This document shows positions 24,171 to 36,415 of a stretch of 64,000 nt of DNA, one piece after another (within the stretch, counting starts at the first letter, position 1; every line of letters starts with the position of its first letter). The DNA lies in the NCBI RefSeq assembly GCF_044704955.1, contig NC_091999.1, positions 13,888,001 to 13,952,000 on the forward strand, written 5' to 3'. Made by a program: the position numbers and the translations under genes. The notes beneath the pieces were generated by a model that saw only the letters and a program-made list of their open reading frames with translations, was not told the DNA's origin and ran no database searches. Origin of the DNA: Pristiophorus japonicus (lineage: Eukaryota).

Positions 24171-27100
24171 TGTTTTAAAATGGAGTTAACAGATTTTTAA
24201 AATGGATCCCACAGCCTGTTTTTCAGACTGTGGGAAGCATGTGTGGGATGCCTTCCACAGAGGGGCAGATGTTCCAATTCATAGACCAAAGGCCTTGGGA
24301 GCTGGGCACAGACACAGATAACATAGAATTTGAATTCTATAACAAGATACAAGTTAAATAAAAAGAATCATAAGAACATGTATCCTGAATTACCAATTAA
24401 AGCATATAGAGGCCAGATTGGAGGAAGCAATCATGTATTAATCAATCAGCACGTATTAATTGTAACTTGCATAATTACATAATGCTATAATCTGAAACTG
24501 TATAAAATAAGATGTCTCTGGCAGTTTCTCTGAGCATTCCTTCAAGGATAGCTCCACTGCCAGCTTGTATCTTTTATTAATAAAAACTGCATTTACTTTA
24601 AGGCTAACGGACTCCGAGTGGTGATTTGAAGTTAACCCTAAGAACTTGGCACAGTCAGCAGGATCTACTGGACGGGCAGATTAGACTCAAAAAGCCAAAC
24701 CAACCTAACAACGAGTGAGTAGAGAATTACCTTGAGAAAGTAACCAGAGATCAAACGAATCTGAGGCAGAGTCCATGCAGCCAGTAAATCCAGTTGAGGG
24801 GCGCATCAGGACACTTTAAATAAATACTGGAAGTGTCTGTAGAATAAGTACGTATACGGGATATCGGGGAAAAAGCCTCGGTGTAAATAGTTCCGCATAA
24901 GTAAAGGCGGAAAAACAGCACTAGGTAAAAAGCCTTGGTGTAAAAAGTTCTGCTTAAGTAAAGATGGTAAAACAGGAACTGGGGAAAAGCCCCAATGTAT
25001 GAAATGGCAAAGGAATCTGCCAAGGCCCTTGGAGGGCTGAGGTATAAACTACCAGAAGAGTTTCTGAGAGATAAATCTGAAAAGGTTAAGGCAGGATATG
25101 ATGAAGGGAAAAAGATAATTTTAACAGCCGGAAAGATGAATAGAAAGATACCCGAAGGTGAGATGGACAGAGAAAGTGACAAAAGACAACAGGATGTAAG
25201 TATAAAAATAGATATAGTTGACAGAAGGGAATGGACAGAGGAATTTGGCCCAAATTTGTATTCCCCACTAACAGGGTTATGATTAGGACCTGAGGAAAAT
25301 AAAGGATTGATTGGGGGCCAGAAGGCTCGCTTAGTAGATATTTTTCGGAAGACCAAAATAAAAACTGTTAGTGACTATCTTAGGTGAAGTATGGATCCAA
25401 AATAGAGCCAGCCAAACAATAAGCTGTGTTGAATAAAGAGAGACTTTTGTGAATGTCTGTCTTTGAATGGAAATGCTTGTGTGATTTTTGACTGCGGAAT
25501 ATTTGAGGTGGGAATTAATGAATTTTTCATGTGTCTGAAAACCTTCTTCAGAAAGTGGTAGAGCTGTCTGTTGTTATGACCCCACCCACTTTTTCAGACA
25601 GAGTGAATTTTTTTAACCCTTTGCAGTGTTGTCCTGTATGAAGGAAGTTTTAAGAAAGTGTGAACCTAGAATTGAATTACATTTTAAGTTAGAAACCCAG
25701 GTGTGAATTTATTCAGATGATATGTTATGGAGCTAGGAAATGCACAAAGGATAGGTTTGTTGAGCAAAAGATAAAAAATGCGTGGTCCCGATGGTTTTAA
25801 AAAACATTTTTTTGACACGCTCACTTGTCAAAAGAAAATATGTAATCATTGACTACATTTGTTTGAAAGATAATACATTTAGTCCAGGAATGAGATAAAG
25901 AACGGAGCAGGGAAATTGTAATGTCTTTAAAAAAAGGAGCCTGCGTGGGTGTCTCGAGGCTGTGGGCTGGGGAAGTACTCCCCCATATTCCTTCGTGTAA
26001 AATCTTGATGCGAAAGCTTCTAGCTCAGTAAAAAGATTTTTAAATAAAAGATTGGCAGTACAATATTTCAATTGGGATTTTGAGATATTTCTGTTGATTC
26101 TCCTTGATAAACATTTTGGTTGTATTGGAAAATCTTGGGTTTGGAAGACTTTTAATAAAAGTAAACATACTGCGTCAGAAGCTGAAGCTTAAAAAGATGA
26201 AATTTATGAGATACTGTATCTCAAAATTGAAGTTACAGCGCAAAAGATTAGAGTTTGTGATGTTCAGCTTCTAAAACAGAAGTTAGGCACATAATTACAA
26301 AACAAGTACTTTGCATTCTGTGATCTGTGAATCACTATAAGCATGAATGATAAGTCTGATTAAAAAACAGTATTACCATATTTGATATTTCATAATCCAA
26401 CAATAAATACAAATACTACAAAAGGGGAGCAGAAATTAGGATGGGAGCAGTGAAGAGTTAATTTTGTTGTGAAGATTTCAAGTACCACTGTTTAACACAA
26501 CAAAATGAGATATATTTAAAATAAAAAGTTAAATCTGATCTCTTTTTTAAAAAAAAATAAAACTATAATATTTGGAAACAATGTCGAAATATCTTCAGGT
26601 ATCAGGTCAAACTCCTGGGCAAGTGGGGAGCTATCTGCGAAAGTGCAAAAGGAATTTTGAAAAAAATTAAATGTTAAAACGGCAGGCTTTAGCAGTTTAG
26701 AACAAAGGAAAATATAAGTTGAACTTGTGACTTCAGATACGGTGGTTGAAGAACCACAGAAAGTGAGAAGTAAAGGCTTTGAAACTGGAACATTTGAGAT
26801 AACGGAAAGCAGCTATCAAAGCCTACATGCTAGACTCTGTTCTAGTTATGGAAAAGACATTTGAGATAACAGAATGCAAGATTTAAAGTAAATCCCAAAA
26901 AGGCACAAATCGGGCAAGCTGTCGTACAGTACTTGGGACAAGAAATATCCCAAGGAACTAGGATCATGTCCAATGACAGGAAGGAGGACATTAGGATTAA
27001 GCCCCGACCAAAACCAGTCTGAGGGGTGTGTAAGACACTGGGGTTCTTTAGCTATTGCAGGAATTTTGTGCCTAACCACAGCAAGTGCAGAACGAATACA

Positions 27101-28060
27101 GCGGCTAGTGAAAGGAAAGTCCGGTTGAAATGGAAATGGTAAGACTCTAACTAAAACCTGGAATATCCAGGATGTGTTTTATCAACAGAATATAAACGTG
27201 ATCATCACTGTCCTTCCGATTCTACAAGGACAAGCTACAATGCCGCCCCTAGAGGGCCCAGAAGCATTTACCCACACCGGAGGGTAAAACAACTATGTAA
27301 AGCAGCCTCTAGGGGGCGGCATCTAAGTGTCAGGAGCATTTGTCTTGAAGCCACAAGATAAGTGTGCAAAAAATGTTACCTGAATATTGTAAACCAGGGG
27401 AATTAACCTTGGGAAATTGCGTGGTAGTTAAACCTGGAACAGAAGTAATGTTGTTATTTGACAATGTGCAGCATGAAATGTTACTTGTGAGCATAAATTA
27501 ATCAGCTCTATACCTGCCAGAAAACAATGAGCCACAAGACTAAAGCGTTGTAAACACAATTGCTAGATACAATCCTGAGAATAGCTAGTGACACATCAGG
27601 AGCAAGGGAGTAACACAAGCAGCTGAGACACAAAGAAGAAAGACAGGAGATCAACAGCGAATGACGTATTAACTTTACAGCGACATCTCTAGTCGATGCA
27701 TCAGATATACAGGCGATCAAGGCAGGTGTAGCTAGTTTGAGGGGAACAACGGAGGTACTAATCAGGAAACAGGCCAGGATTGGGATAGAATCTTCAGAGT
27801 TAGGATCTAAAACAGCCAAAAAAAATGCATATTGGAAGGCCATGCACGAACAATTAACGAGCAAAATAAGCAGGAATTGAGAGGACGATGCCGAGGACAG
27901 GAAAAGAGACACATGTCATGCCTATGGGAGATGGATGATTGGTCAGGTGAGACACAATATGGATCAGATTAAAACCGGGCGAGTTACAGGTTCAATAAAT
28001 AGCATCCAGTTGAAAGAAATGGCACAGCACACTGGGCCATTAGATGCATGCACCCTGAAA
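24171..28060 (+). mobile_element. LTR/ERV-like remnant 3 (5' LTR ~24171-24645, PBS-Ser(AGA), gag-like ORF, env-like remnant)
   Basis: TATAAAA 24501, AATAAA 24579, PBS TGGCACAGTCAGCAGGAT at 24647-24664 (15/18 to TGGCGTAGTCGGCAGGAT). Donor-like GTGAGT at ~24715. ORF 24995-25282 ends LYSPL. Basic site plus amphipathic helix remnant at 27630-27990. Truncated by a CR1. Confidence 0.65.
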
Positions 28061-31000
28061 TATAGAAACATAGAAAAAGGTTGCAGGAATAGGCCATTCG
28101 CCCCTTCGAGCCTGCACCAATGTTCAATAAGATCATGGCTGATCATTCACCTCAGTACCCCTTTCCTGCTTTCGCTCCATACCCCTTGATCCCTTTACCT
28201 TAAGGGCCATATCCAACTCCTTCTTGAATATATCTGATGAACTGGCATCAACAACGTTCTGCGGAAGAGAATTCCACAGGTTAACAACTCTGAGTGAAGA
28301 AGTTTCTCCTCATCTCGGTCCTAAATGGTTTACCCCTTGTCCTTAGACTGGACTCCCCCAACATCGGGAACATTCTTCGTGCATCTAACCTGTCCAGTCC
28401 CGTCAGAATTGTATATGTTTCTGAGGTCGCCTCTCATTCTTCTAAACTCCAGTGAATACAGGCCCAGCCGATCCTATCTCTCCTCATATGTCAGTCCTGC
28501 CATCCCGGAAATCAGTCTGATGAACCTTCGCTGCACTCCCTCAATAGCAAGAACGTCCTTCCTCAGATTAGAACAAAACTGAACACAGTATTTCAGGTGA
28601 GGCCTCAGCAAACCGCCCTGCTGCTATATTCAAATCCCCAAGATATGGGGCCAACATGTTATTTGCCTTCTTCCTGTCTGCTGCACCTGCATGCCAATCT
28701 TCAATGACTGATGTGCCATGATACCCAGGTCTCGTTGCACTTCCCTTTTCCTAATTTGCCACCATTCAGATAATATTCTGCCTTCGTGTTTTTGCCACCA
28801 AAGTGCATAACCTCACATTTATCGATATTACACTACATCTGCCACGCAATTGCCCACTCATCTAACCTGTCCAAGTCACCCTGCAGTCTCTTAGCATCCT
28901 CCTCACATTTCACACCGCCATCCAGCATAATGTCATCTGCAAACTTGGAGATATTATACACAATTCCTTCATCTAAGTCATTGATGTATATTGTAAATTG
29001 CTGGGGTCCCGGCACTGAGCCCTGCGGCACCCAACTAGTCACAGCCTGCCATTGTGAAAAGGACCCATTTATCCCGACTCTCTGTTTCCTGTCTATCAAC
29101 CAGTTCTCTATCCACATCAATACATTACCTCCAATACCATGTGCTTTAATATTGCACACCACCCTCTTGTGTGGGACCTTGTCAAAAGTCTTTTGAAAGT
29201 CCCACTGCACCACATCCACTGGTTCTCCCTTGTCCACTCTACTAGTTACATCCTCACAAAATTCTAGAAGATTTGTCAAGCATGATTTCCCTTTCATAAA
29301 TCCATGCTGATTTGGACTGATCCTGTCAGTGCTTTCCAATTGCGCTGCTATTTCATCTTTAATAATTGATTCCAACATTTTCCCCACCACTGATGTCAGG
29401 CTAACCGGTCTATAATTACCCGTTTTCTCTCTCCCTCCTTTTTCAAAATGTGGTGTTACATTAGCTACCCTCCAGTCCATACGAATTGATCTCGAGTTGA
29501 TGGACTGTTGGAAAATGATCTCCAATGCATCCACTATTTCTAGGGCCACTTCCTTAAGTACTCTGGGATGCAGACCATCAGGCCCCGGGGATTTATCGGC
29601 CTTTAGTCCCATCAATTTCCCGAACATAATTTCCCACAAATAAGGATTTCCTTCAGTTCCTCCTTCTCACTAGCCCCTCGGTCACGTACTATTTCCAGAA
29701 GGTTATGCGTGAATGTGAATGCAGAACCAAAGTATTTGTTCAACTGGTCTACCATTTCTTTGTTCCCCATTATAAATTCACCTGAATCTGACTGCAAGGG
29801 ACCTACGTTTGCCTTCACTAATCTTTTTCTCTTCACTTATCTATAGAAGTTTTTATGTTCCCAGCAAGCTTCCTCTCATACTCTATTTTTCCCCTCCGAA
29901 TTAAACCCTTTGTCCTCCTCTGCTGAATTCTAAATTTCTACCCGTCCTCAGGTTAATGCTTTTTCTGACCAATTTATATGCCTCTTCCTTGGATTTAACA
30001 CTATCCTTAATTTCCCTTGTTAGCCACGGTTGAGCCACCTTTCCCGTTTTATTTTTTACTCCAGACAGGGATGTCCAATTGTTGAAGTTCATCCATGTGA
30101 TCTTAAAATTTTTTCCATTGCCTATCTGCCGTCAACCCTTTAAGTATCATTTCCCAGTCTATTCTAGCCAATCCATGTCTCATACCATCGAAGTTACCTT
30201 TCCTTAAGTTCAGGACCCCAGTCTCAGAATTAATTGTTTCACTCTCCACCTTAACAAACAATTCTACCTTATTATGGTTACTCTTCTCCAAGGGGCCTCA
30301 CACAACAAGATTGCTAATTAGTCTTTTCTCATTACACATCAACCAGTCTAGGATGGCCAGCCCTCTAGATGGTTCCTCGACATATTGGTCGAGAAACCAT
30401 CCTGAATACACTCCAGCAAATCCTCCTCCACCGTATTGCTACCAGTTTGGTTAGCCCAATCTATATGTAGATTAAAGTCGCCCGTGATAACTTCTGTACC
30501 TTTATTGCACACATTCCTCCTTTCTTGTTTGATGCTGTCCCCAAACTCACTACGATTGTTTGGTGGTACACAACTCTCACTAACGTTTTCTTCCCTTTGA
30601 TATTCCGCAGCTCCACCCACACAGAATCCATGCGAATGTCCTTCCTTACTATTGCGTTAATTTCCTCTTCAACCAGCAATGCCACCCCACCTCCTTTTCC
30701 TTTGTGTCTATCCTTCCTGAATGGTGAATATCCCTGGATGTTGCGTTCCCAGCCTTCGTCACCCTGGAGCCATTTCTCCGTGATGCCAATTACATCATAT
30801 TCATTCATTGCTGCCTGTGCAGTTAATTTGTCCACTTTATTACGAATACTCCTCGCATTGAGGCACAGAGCCTTCAGGCTTGTTATCTTAACACACCTTG
30901 TCCCTTTAGAATTTTGCTGCAATGTGGCCCTTTTTGATTTTTGCCTTGGGTTTCTCTGCCCTCCACCTTTACTATTCAGCCCCCATCTTACTTCCCTCTG

Positions 31001-31318
31001 TCTCCCTGCATAGGTTCCCATCCCACTGCCATATTAGTTTAACCCCTCCCCAACAACACGAGCAAACTCTCCCCTGTGGACATTGGTTCTGCCCAGGTGC
31101 AGAGCGTCTGGTTTGCACTGGTCCCAGCTCCCCCAGAACCGCTTCCAATGTCCCAGGAAATTGAATCCCTCCCTTCTGCACCACACATTCATCTGAGCTA
31201 TCCTGCGATTCCTACTCTGACTAGCAGGTGGCAGTGGTAGCTATTCTGAAATTGCTACCTTTGAGGTCCTATTTGTTAATTTAGTTCCCAGCTCCCTAAA
31301 TTCAGCTTGTAATTCCTC
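28061..31318 (-). mobile_element. CR1 LINE (ORF1 end plus disrupted ORF2)
   Basis: Tail TAGAAACATAG at 28062. ORFs 30461-31021 (APE), 28833-29639 (RT) and others, with frameshifts. Confidence 0.93.
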
Positions 31319-31517
31319 AGACAGAGTGAGTCAGACTCAAACACAAACACGTAAAGAGCTCTCTTAAGACAGAGAGTGAGAGGCACAGAAACATTGCACA
31401 ATCCCATTTCTTTGTCAGTTGAGAATGTTATAAAGTTATCGACATGTGCAGATTCAACAGAATACATTCGGGTACAACTGAGCAGGATGGGAGGAAATCG
31501 GTTTGAATTTAAAGATT

Positions 31518-31600
31518 TACCAGGAGTGGGGTTCAAACCCACGCAGCTATACACCCATTGGATTTTACGTCCAACGCCGAAACCACTCGGCCATCCTGGT
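31518..31600 (-). pseudogene. tRNA-Leu(TAA) pseudogene
   Basis: Minus strand ACCAGGATGGCCGAGTGG...TTGGACGTAAAATCCAA...GGTTTGAACCCCACTCCTGGTA; U33 and the T-loop (B box) are mutated. Confidence 0.8.
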
Positions 31601-31689
31601 TTTGTCAGTATTCGGATTTTGTCTCTGTGAGAATATGGGCTGCAGCTCCACTCTCACAGATATAGGTTTTCAATGACCATTTTCAAATA

Positions 31690-31945
31690 TTTATCGTAAT
31701 ATTGACACAGGGGCAACTCTCCTATTCTTTTTCGAGTAATGCTCTGGGAACTTTTGCATCCACCCGAGGGTGCAGACGGAGCTTCAATTTAACATTTCAT
31801 CTGAAAGTCAACAGCTTCAACAATGCAAAATTCCCCAAGTACTGCATTTGAGTGTCAGCCAAGATTACATGCTCAAGTCTCAGGAGTAGGACTTATACAC
31901 ACAACCTCCTGATTCAGTCGAGAATGCTGCCACTGAACCAAAGCC
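31690..31945 (-). mobile_element. LF-SINE-like tRNA-derived SINE (5' part); also at ~35385-35640 and ~37775-38025
   Basis: Resembles the reverse complement of the remembered LF-SINE consensus (GTGTCAGCC..GATTA..GCTCAAGTCTC.GGAGTGGGACTT...TGCCACTGAACCA). Same position in every array unit. Confidence 0.65.
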
Positions 31946-32039
31946 GATACCAAAGCTCACATCCGTATTACTTTCCCCAAGTCTTTTTATAAAGTTCCAG
32001 GACATATAGAAGTAATATTCAACATTTTGATAAAGCTCC

Positions 32040-32111
32040 ATCCTCATCGGGGAATTGAACCCCGACCTCGCGCGTGACAGGGAGGGATACTAACTACTAC
32101 ACTAACGAGGA
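32040..32111 (-). pseudogene. tRNA-Asp(GTC) pseudogene
   Basis: TCCTCGTTAGTGTAGTAGTTAGTATCCCTCCCTGTCACGCGCGAGGTCGGGGTTCAATTCCCCGATGAGGA; anticodon stem mispaired. Confidence 0.8.
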
Positions 32112-32114
32112 ACT

Positions 32115-32877
32115 GACGGGTATTTGTTCTGTCAGAGCAGGAATCGAGCTGTGAACAGAACTGGACACCATGAGAAGTCGACAGGCACATTGAGAGACAG
32201 AGACAAACCGACAAACAGGGAGAGACAGACAGCGAGATAGAGACGTGAGACAGAAAGTATGAGACTGAGAAGGAGAGGCAGACTGAGTGAGAAAAAGACT
32301 CAAACACACACATATACAGAGATGTGTGTGTGTGTGTGTGCTCTATAAAGAGAGAGTGGGAAAGAGTGAGAGAAAGACAGTGACAAAGACAGTGACAAAG
32401 AGAGAGACAGAAAAAGAGTGAGCGACAGATAGAGAGATAGACAGAGATATAAACAGAAAATGATGGAAATACTCAGCAGGTTAGAGACAGGAACTAACAG
32501 AGACAGGCAAAGAGAGAGACAGGTAGAGACATGGACAGACAGAGATGATGGGAATGAGAGAGACAGTCAGACAGAGAGACAGAGAATCCCATTGGAACAG
32601 AACTAGACATCGTGAGAAAGAGACAGATAAGTTGAGAGACAGGGAAACAGGGAGAGACAGACAGCGAGATAGAGACAAAGAAAGACAGAAACTTTGAGAC
32701 TGAGAGGGAGGGTCAGACTGAATGACAGAAAGACTCAAACACATACATACACAGAGATGTGTTTGTGTGCTCCATAAAGAGAGGGAGGCAAATAGTGATG
32801 GAATGACAGAGACAAAGACAGGGACAAAGAGGGAGACAGATAGAGAGAAAGACAGATATAGAGAGAGATAGAGACAA
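32115..32877. repeat. GA-rich spacer of the tRNA array unit (also 34790-35080, 36440-37460)
   Basis: AGAGAC/GACAGA low-complexity sequence, colinear between units. Confidence 0.8.
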
Positions 32878-34788
32878 TAATTCGGTTCTGTCTTTACAAA
32901 GGAAGATACAAAAAACCTTCCAAATGTACTCGGGGACTGTGAGTCTAGTGAGAATGAGGAACTGAAAGATATCCTTACTGGCGGGTAATTGTGTTAGGGA
33001 AATTGATGGGATTAAAGGCCGATAAATCCCTGGGTCCTGATAGTCTGCATCCCAGAGTACTTAAGGAAGTGGCCCGAGAAATAATGGATGCATTGGTGAT
33101 CATTTTCCAACAATCTATCGACTCTGGATCAGTTCCTATGGACTGGAGGGTAGCTAATGTGATGGCACTTTTTTAAAAAGGAGGGAGAGAGAAAGCGGGT
33201 AATTCTAGACCGGTTAGCCTGACATCGGTAGTGGGGAAAATGTTGGAATCAATCATTAAGGATGAAATAGCAGCCCATTTGGAAAGCAGTGACAGGATCG
33301 GACCGAGTCAGCACAGATTTATGGAAGGGAAATCATGCTTGACAAATCTTCTGGAATTTTTTGAGGATGTAACGAGTAGAGTGGACAAGGGAGAACCAGT
33401 GGATGTGGTGTATTTGGATTTTCAATAGGCTTTTGACAAGGTCCCGCACAAGAGGTTGGTGCACAAAATCCAAGCGCATGGTATTGGGATTAATGTACTG
33501 ACGTGGATAGAGAACTGGTTGGCAGATAGGAAGCAGAGAATCGGGATAAACAGGTCCTTTTCAGAATGGCAGGGCTCAGTGCTGGGACCCCAGCTCTTTA
33601 CAATATATATTAACGATTTGGTTGAAGGAATAGAGTGTAATATCTCCAAGTTTGCAGATGACACTAAACTGGGTGGCGGTGCGAGCTGTGAGGAGGATGC
33701 TAAGAGGCTGCAGGGTGACTTGGACAGATTAGGTGAGTGGGAAAATATATGGCAGATGCAGTATAATGTGGATAAATGTGAGGTTATCCATTTTGGGGGC
33801 AAAAACACAAAGGCAGAATATTATCTGAAAGGGGAGGTGCAACGAGATCTGGTTTATCAGTCACTGAAAGTGGGCACGCAGGTACAGCAGGCGGTAAATA
33901 AGGCAAATGGTATGCTGGCCTTCATAGCTAGGGGATTTGAATATAGGAGCAGGGAGACCTTACTGCAGTTGTACAAGGCCTTAGTGAGGCCAGACCTGGT
34001 ATATTGTGTTCAGTTTTGGTCTCCTAGTCTGAGGAAGGACATTCTTGCTATTGAGGGAGTGCAGCAAACCAGTTGCCAAACAGTTCTCTATTCACGTCAG
34101 TACATTAATCCCAATACCATGCGCTTGGACTTTGTACACCAATCTCTTGTGCGGGACCTTGTCAAAAGCCTATTGAAAGTCCAAATACACCACATCCACT
34201 GGTTCTCCCTTGTCCACTCTACTCGTTACATCCTCAAAAAATTCCAGAAGATTCATCAAGCATGATTTCCCTTTCATAAATCCATGCTGACTCGGTCCGA
34301 TATTGTCAACAGACCGATTCCAGGGATGGCAGGACTGTCATATGAGGAGAGATTGGATCAACTGGGCCTTTATTCACTGGCGTTTAGAATGATGAAAGGG
34401 GATCGCATAGAAATATATAAGCTTCTGACGGGACTGTACAGGTTAGATGCGGGAAGAATGTTCTCGATGTTGGGGAAGTCCAGAACCAGGGGACATAGTC
34501 TTAGGATAATGGGTAGGCCATTTAGCACTGAGATGAGGAGAAACTTCTTCACTCACAGAGTTGTTGACCTGTGGAATTCCTGCCGCAGAGAGTTGTTGAT
34601 GCCAGTTCATTGGATATATTCAAGAGGGAGTTAGATATGGCCCTTACGGATAAGGGGGTGAAGGGGTATGGAGAGAAAGCAGAAAAGGGGAACTGAAGGA
34701 ATGATCAGCCATGAACATATTGAATGGTGGCGCAGGCTCGAAGGGCCTAATGGCCTACTCCTGCAGCTATTTTCTATGTTTCTATGTT
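32878..34788 (+). mobile_element. CR1 LINE, 5'-truncated, with an internal inverted duplication
   Basis: RT fragments (32991-33428, 33456-34065, 34310-34634); tail TTTCTATGTTTCTATGTTT at ~34770-34789. Confidence 0.92.
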
Positions 34789-35203
34789 TGTAAAACAGAA
34801 AATGATGAAAATACTCATCAGGTTAGAGACAGGGACAAAGTGAGACAGGCAAAGACATGGGCAGAGATGATGGGAAAGAGAGAGACAGTCAGACAGAGAG
34901 TCTGAGAGAATCCCATTGGAACAGACGTGGGCACCGTGAGAAAGAGACAGATTGAGAGACAGAGACAAACAGAGAAACAGGCACAAAAAGAGTGAGTCAG
35001 AGAGACTCAGACTCAAGCACACAAACACATGCACAGCTCTCCAAAGACAGAAAGGCAGAGACTGAGATACACAGATACATTTCACAATTTCATTTCATGA
35101 TCGGCTCAGAGTGTCACAGAGTTACAGAAAATTGTTGATTCAACAGATGAAAATCGGGTATCACTGATCAACATGGGAGGACATCAGTGATAAATTAAAG
35201 AGA

Positions 35204-35285
35204 TTCGAGGAGTGGGGTACGAACCCTCGTGGGAAAATCCCATTGAATTTTAAGGCCAACGACTTGACCATTCGGCCATCCTGGT
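35204..35285 (-). pseudogene. tRNA-Leu(TAA) pseudogene
   Basis: ACCAGGATGGCCGAATGGTCAAGTCGTTGGCCTTAAAATTCAA...GGTTCGTACCCCACTCCTCGAA; acceptor and anticodon stems broken. Confidence 0.75.
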
Positions 35286-36045
35286 CCTTCCAGTGTTTCG
35301 ATTCTGTCTCTGTGAGAATCTGGGCTTCAACTCCACCCCACAGACACACACATACACATCGGGTTTCAGTGAGCATTTAGGAACATTTTTAGTAATATTG
35401 AGAGTGGGGCAACTCTCCTATTCTTTTTCGAGTAATGTTGTGGGAACATTCACATCCACCTGAGGGTGCAGACGGAGCTTTAATTTAACATTTCTTCCGA
35501 AAGTCAACAGCTTCAACAATGCAAAATTCCCCAAGTACTGCACTTGAGTGTCTGCCAAGATTATCTGCTCAAGTCTCAGGAGTGGGACTTAAACACACAA
35601 ACTCCTGATTCAGTCGAGAATGCTGCCACTGAACCAGAGCTGATACAAAAGTTCACAACCGTATTATTTTCCCCAATGCTTTTGAAAAAGTTCCAGGACA
35701 TACCAAATTCATGGTGATGATTTCCACAGACAGTTGCACATACACAGAGACATATATACAGATAGACAGTCACAGAGACACACACACACACATAACCAGA
35801 AATATACATGCACCAACGGACACACACACAGATGCCTTAGACATATCGAGGGATAGACAGGCTGAGTCACTACTTTGGCTGATTTTTGCATTTTTCTATC
35901 CGTATGTATCGTGAATATTGCAGACTAATAGAAATGTGAAAAAAATGTCAGTGTTGAAAGGTGTGGGACGTTATTCCATCTATCTCAGGATCAGTTTTGC
36001 CAAAACCTGGTTAAATTGTAAAATGGAATAAAAAATGCTGAGAAT

Positions 36046-36125
36046 CGTAGTCGGCAGGATTCTAACCTACGCGCAGAAAACCCAGTGTTTCTAGTCCATC
36101 GCTTTAACCACTCGGCCACAATTAC
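36046..36125 (-). pseudogene. tRNA-Ser(AGA) pseudogene
   Basis: GTAATTGTGGCCGAGTGGTTAAAGCGATGGACTAGAAACACTGG...GGTTAGAATCCTGCCGACTACG; small deletion and a T-loop C>A change. Confidence 0.8.
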
Positions 36126-36343
36126 TGCGTCTCTGGCACTTTAAATGTTACTCAGAAAAAACTCAGTCGTCCATCTCTGTGCAGCAGACGGCCACAGAAT
36201 CCTGAAAAAGTCTCCGTTTGCAAAAAATCTGGAAGAGGCAATCTCCTCTTGCTGTATTTTTACTGTTCTATATTGCTCTGGAACTTTTTAATAAAATCTA
36301 TACCAAGAAACAGAAGTAAAATTCGACATTTTGAAAAAACTGC

Positions 36344-36415
36344 TGCGCCCTCGGGGAATTGAACCCAGTTCTCCCGCATAACAAGCGGGGATTATCACCA
36401 CTATACGGACAAGGG
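36344..36415 (-). pseudogene. tRNA-Asp-derived pseudogene (anticodon mutated to GTT)
   Basis: CCCTTGTCCGTATAGTGGTGATAATCCCCGCTTGTTATGCGGGAGAACTGGGTTCAATTCCCCGAGGGCGC; same unit position as the Asp copy at 32040. Confidence 0.7.

Noticed and set aside
33456-34265. 269-aa ORF with an apparently novel C-terminus fused to CR1 RT
   Set aside because: The C-terminus is just the antisense reading of the inverted CR1 segment
36046-36063. Link between the tRNA-Ser(AGA) pseudogene and the nearby PBS-Ser(AGA) ERV
   Set aside because: Priming uses mature tRNA in trans; the copy lacks CCA and belongs to the tandem array, so proximity is coincidental
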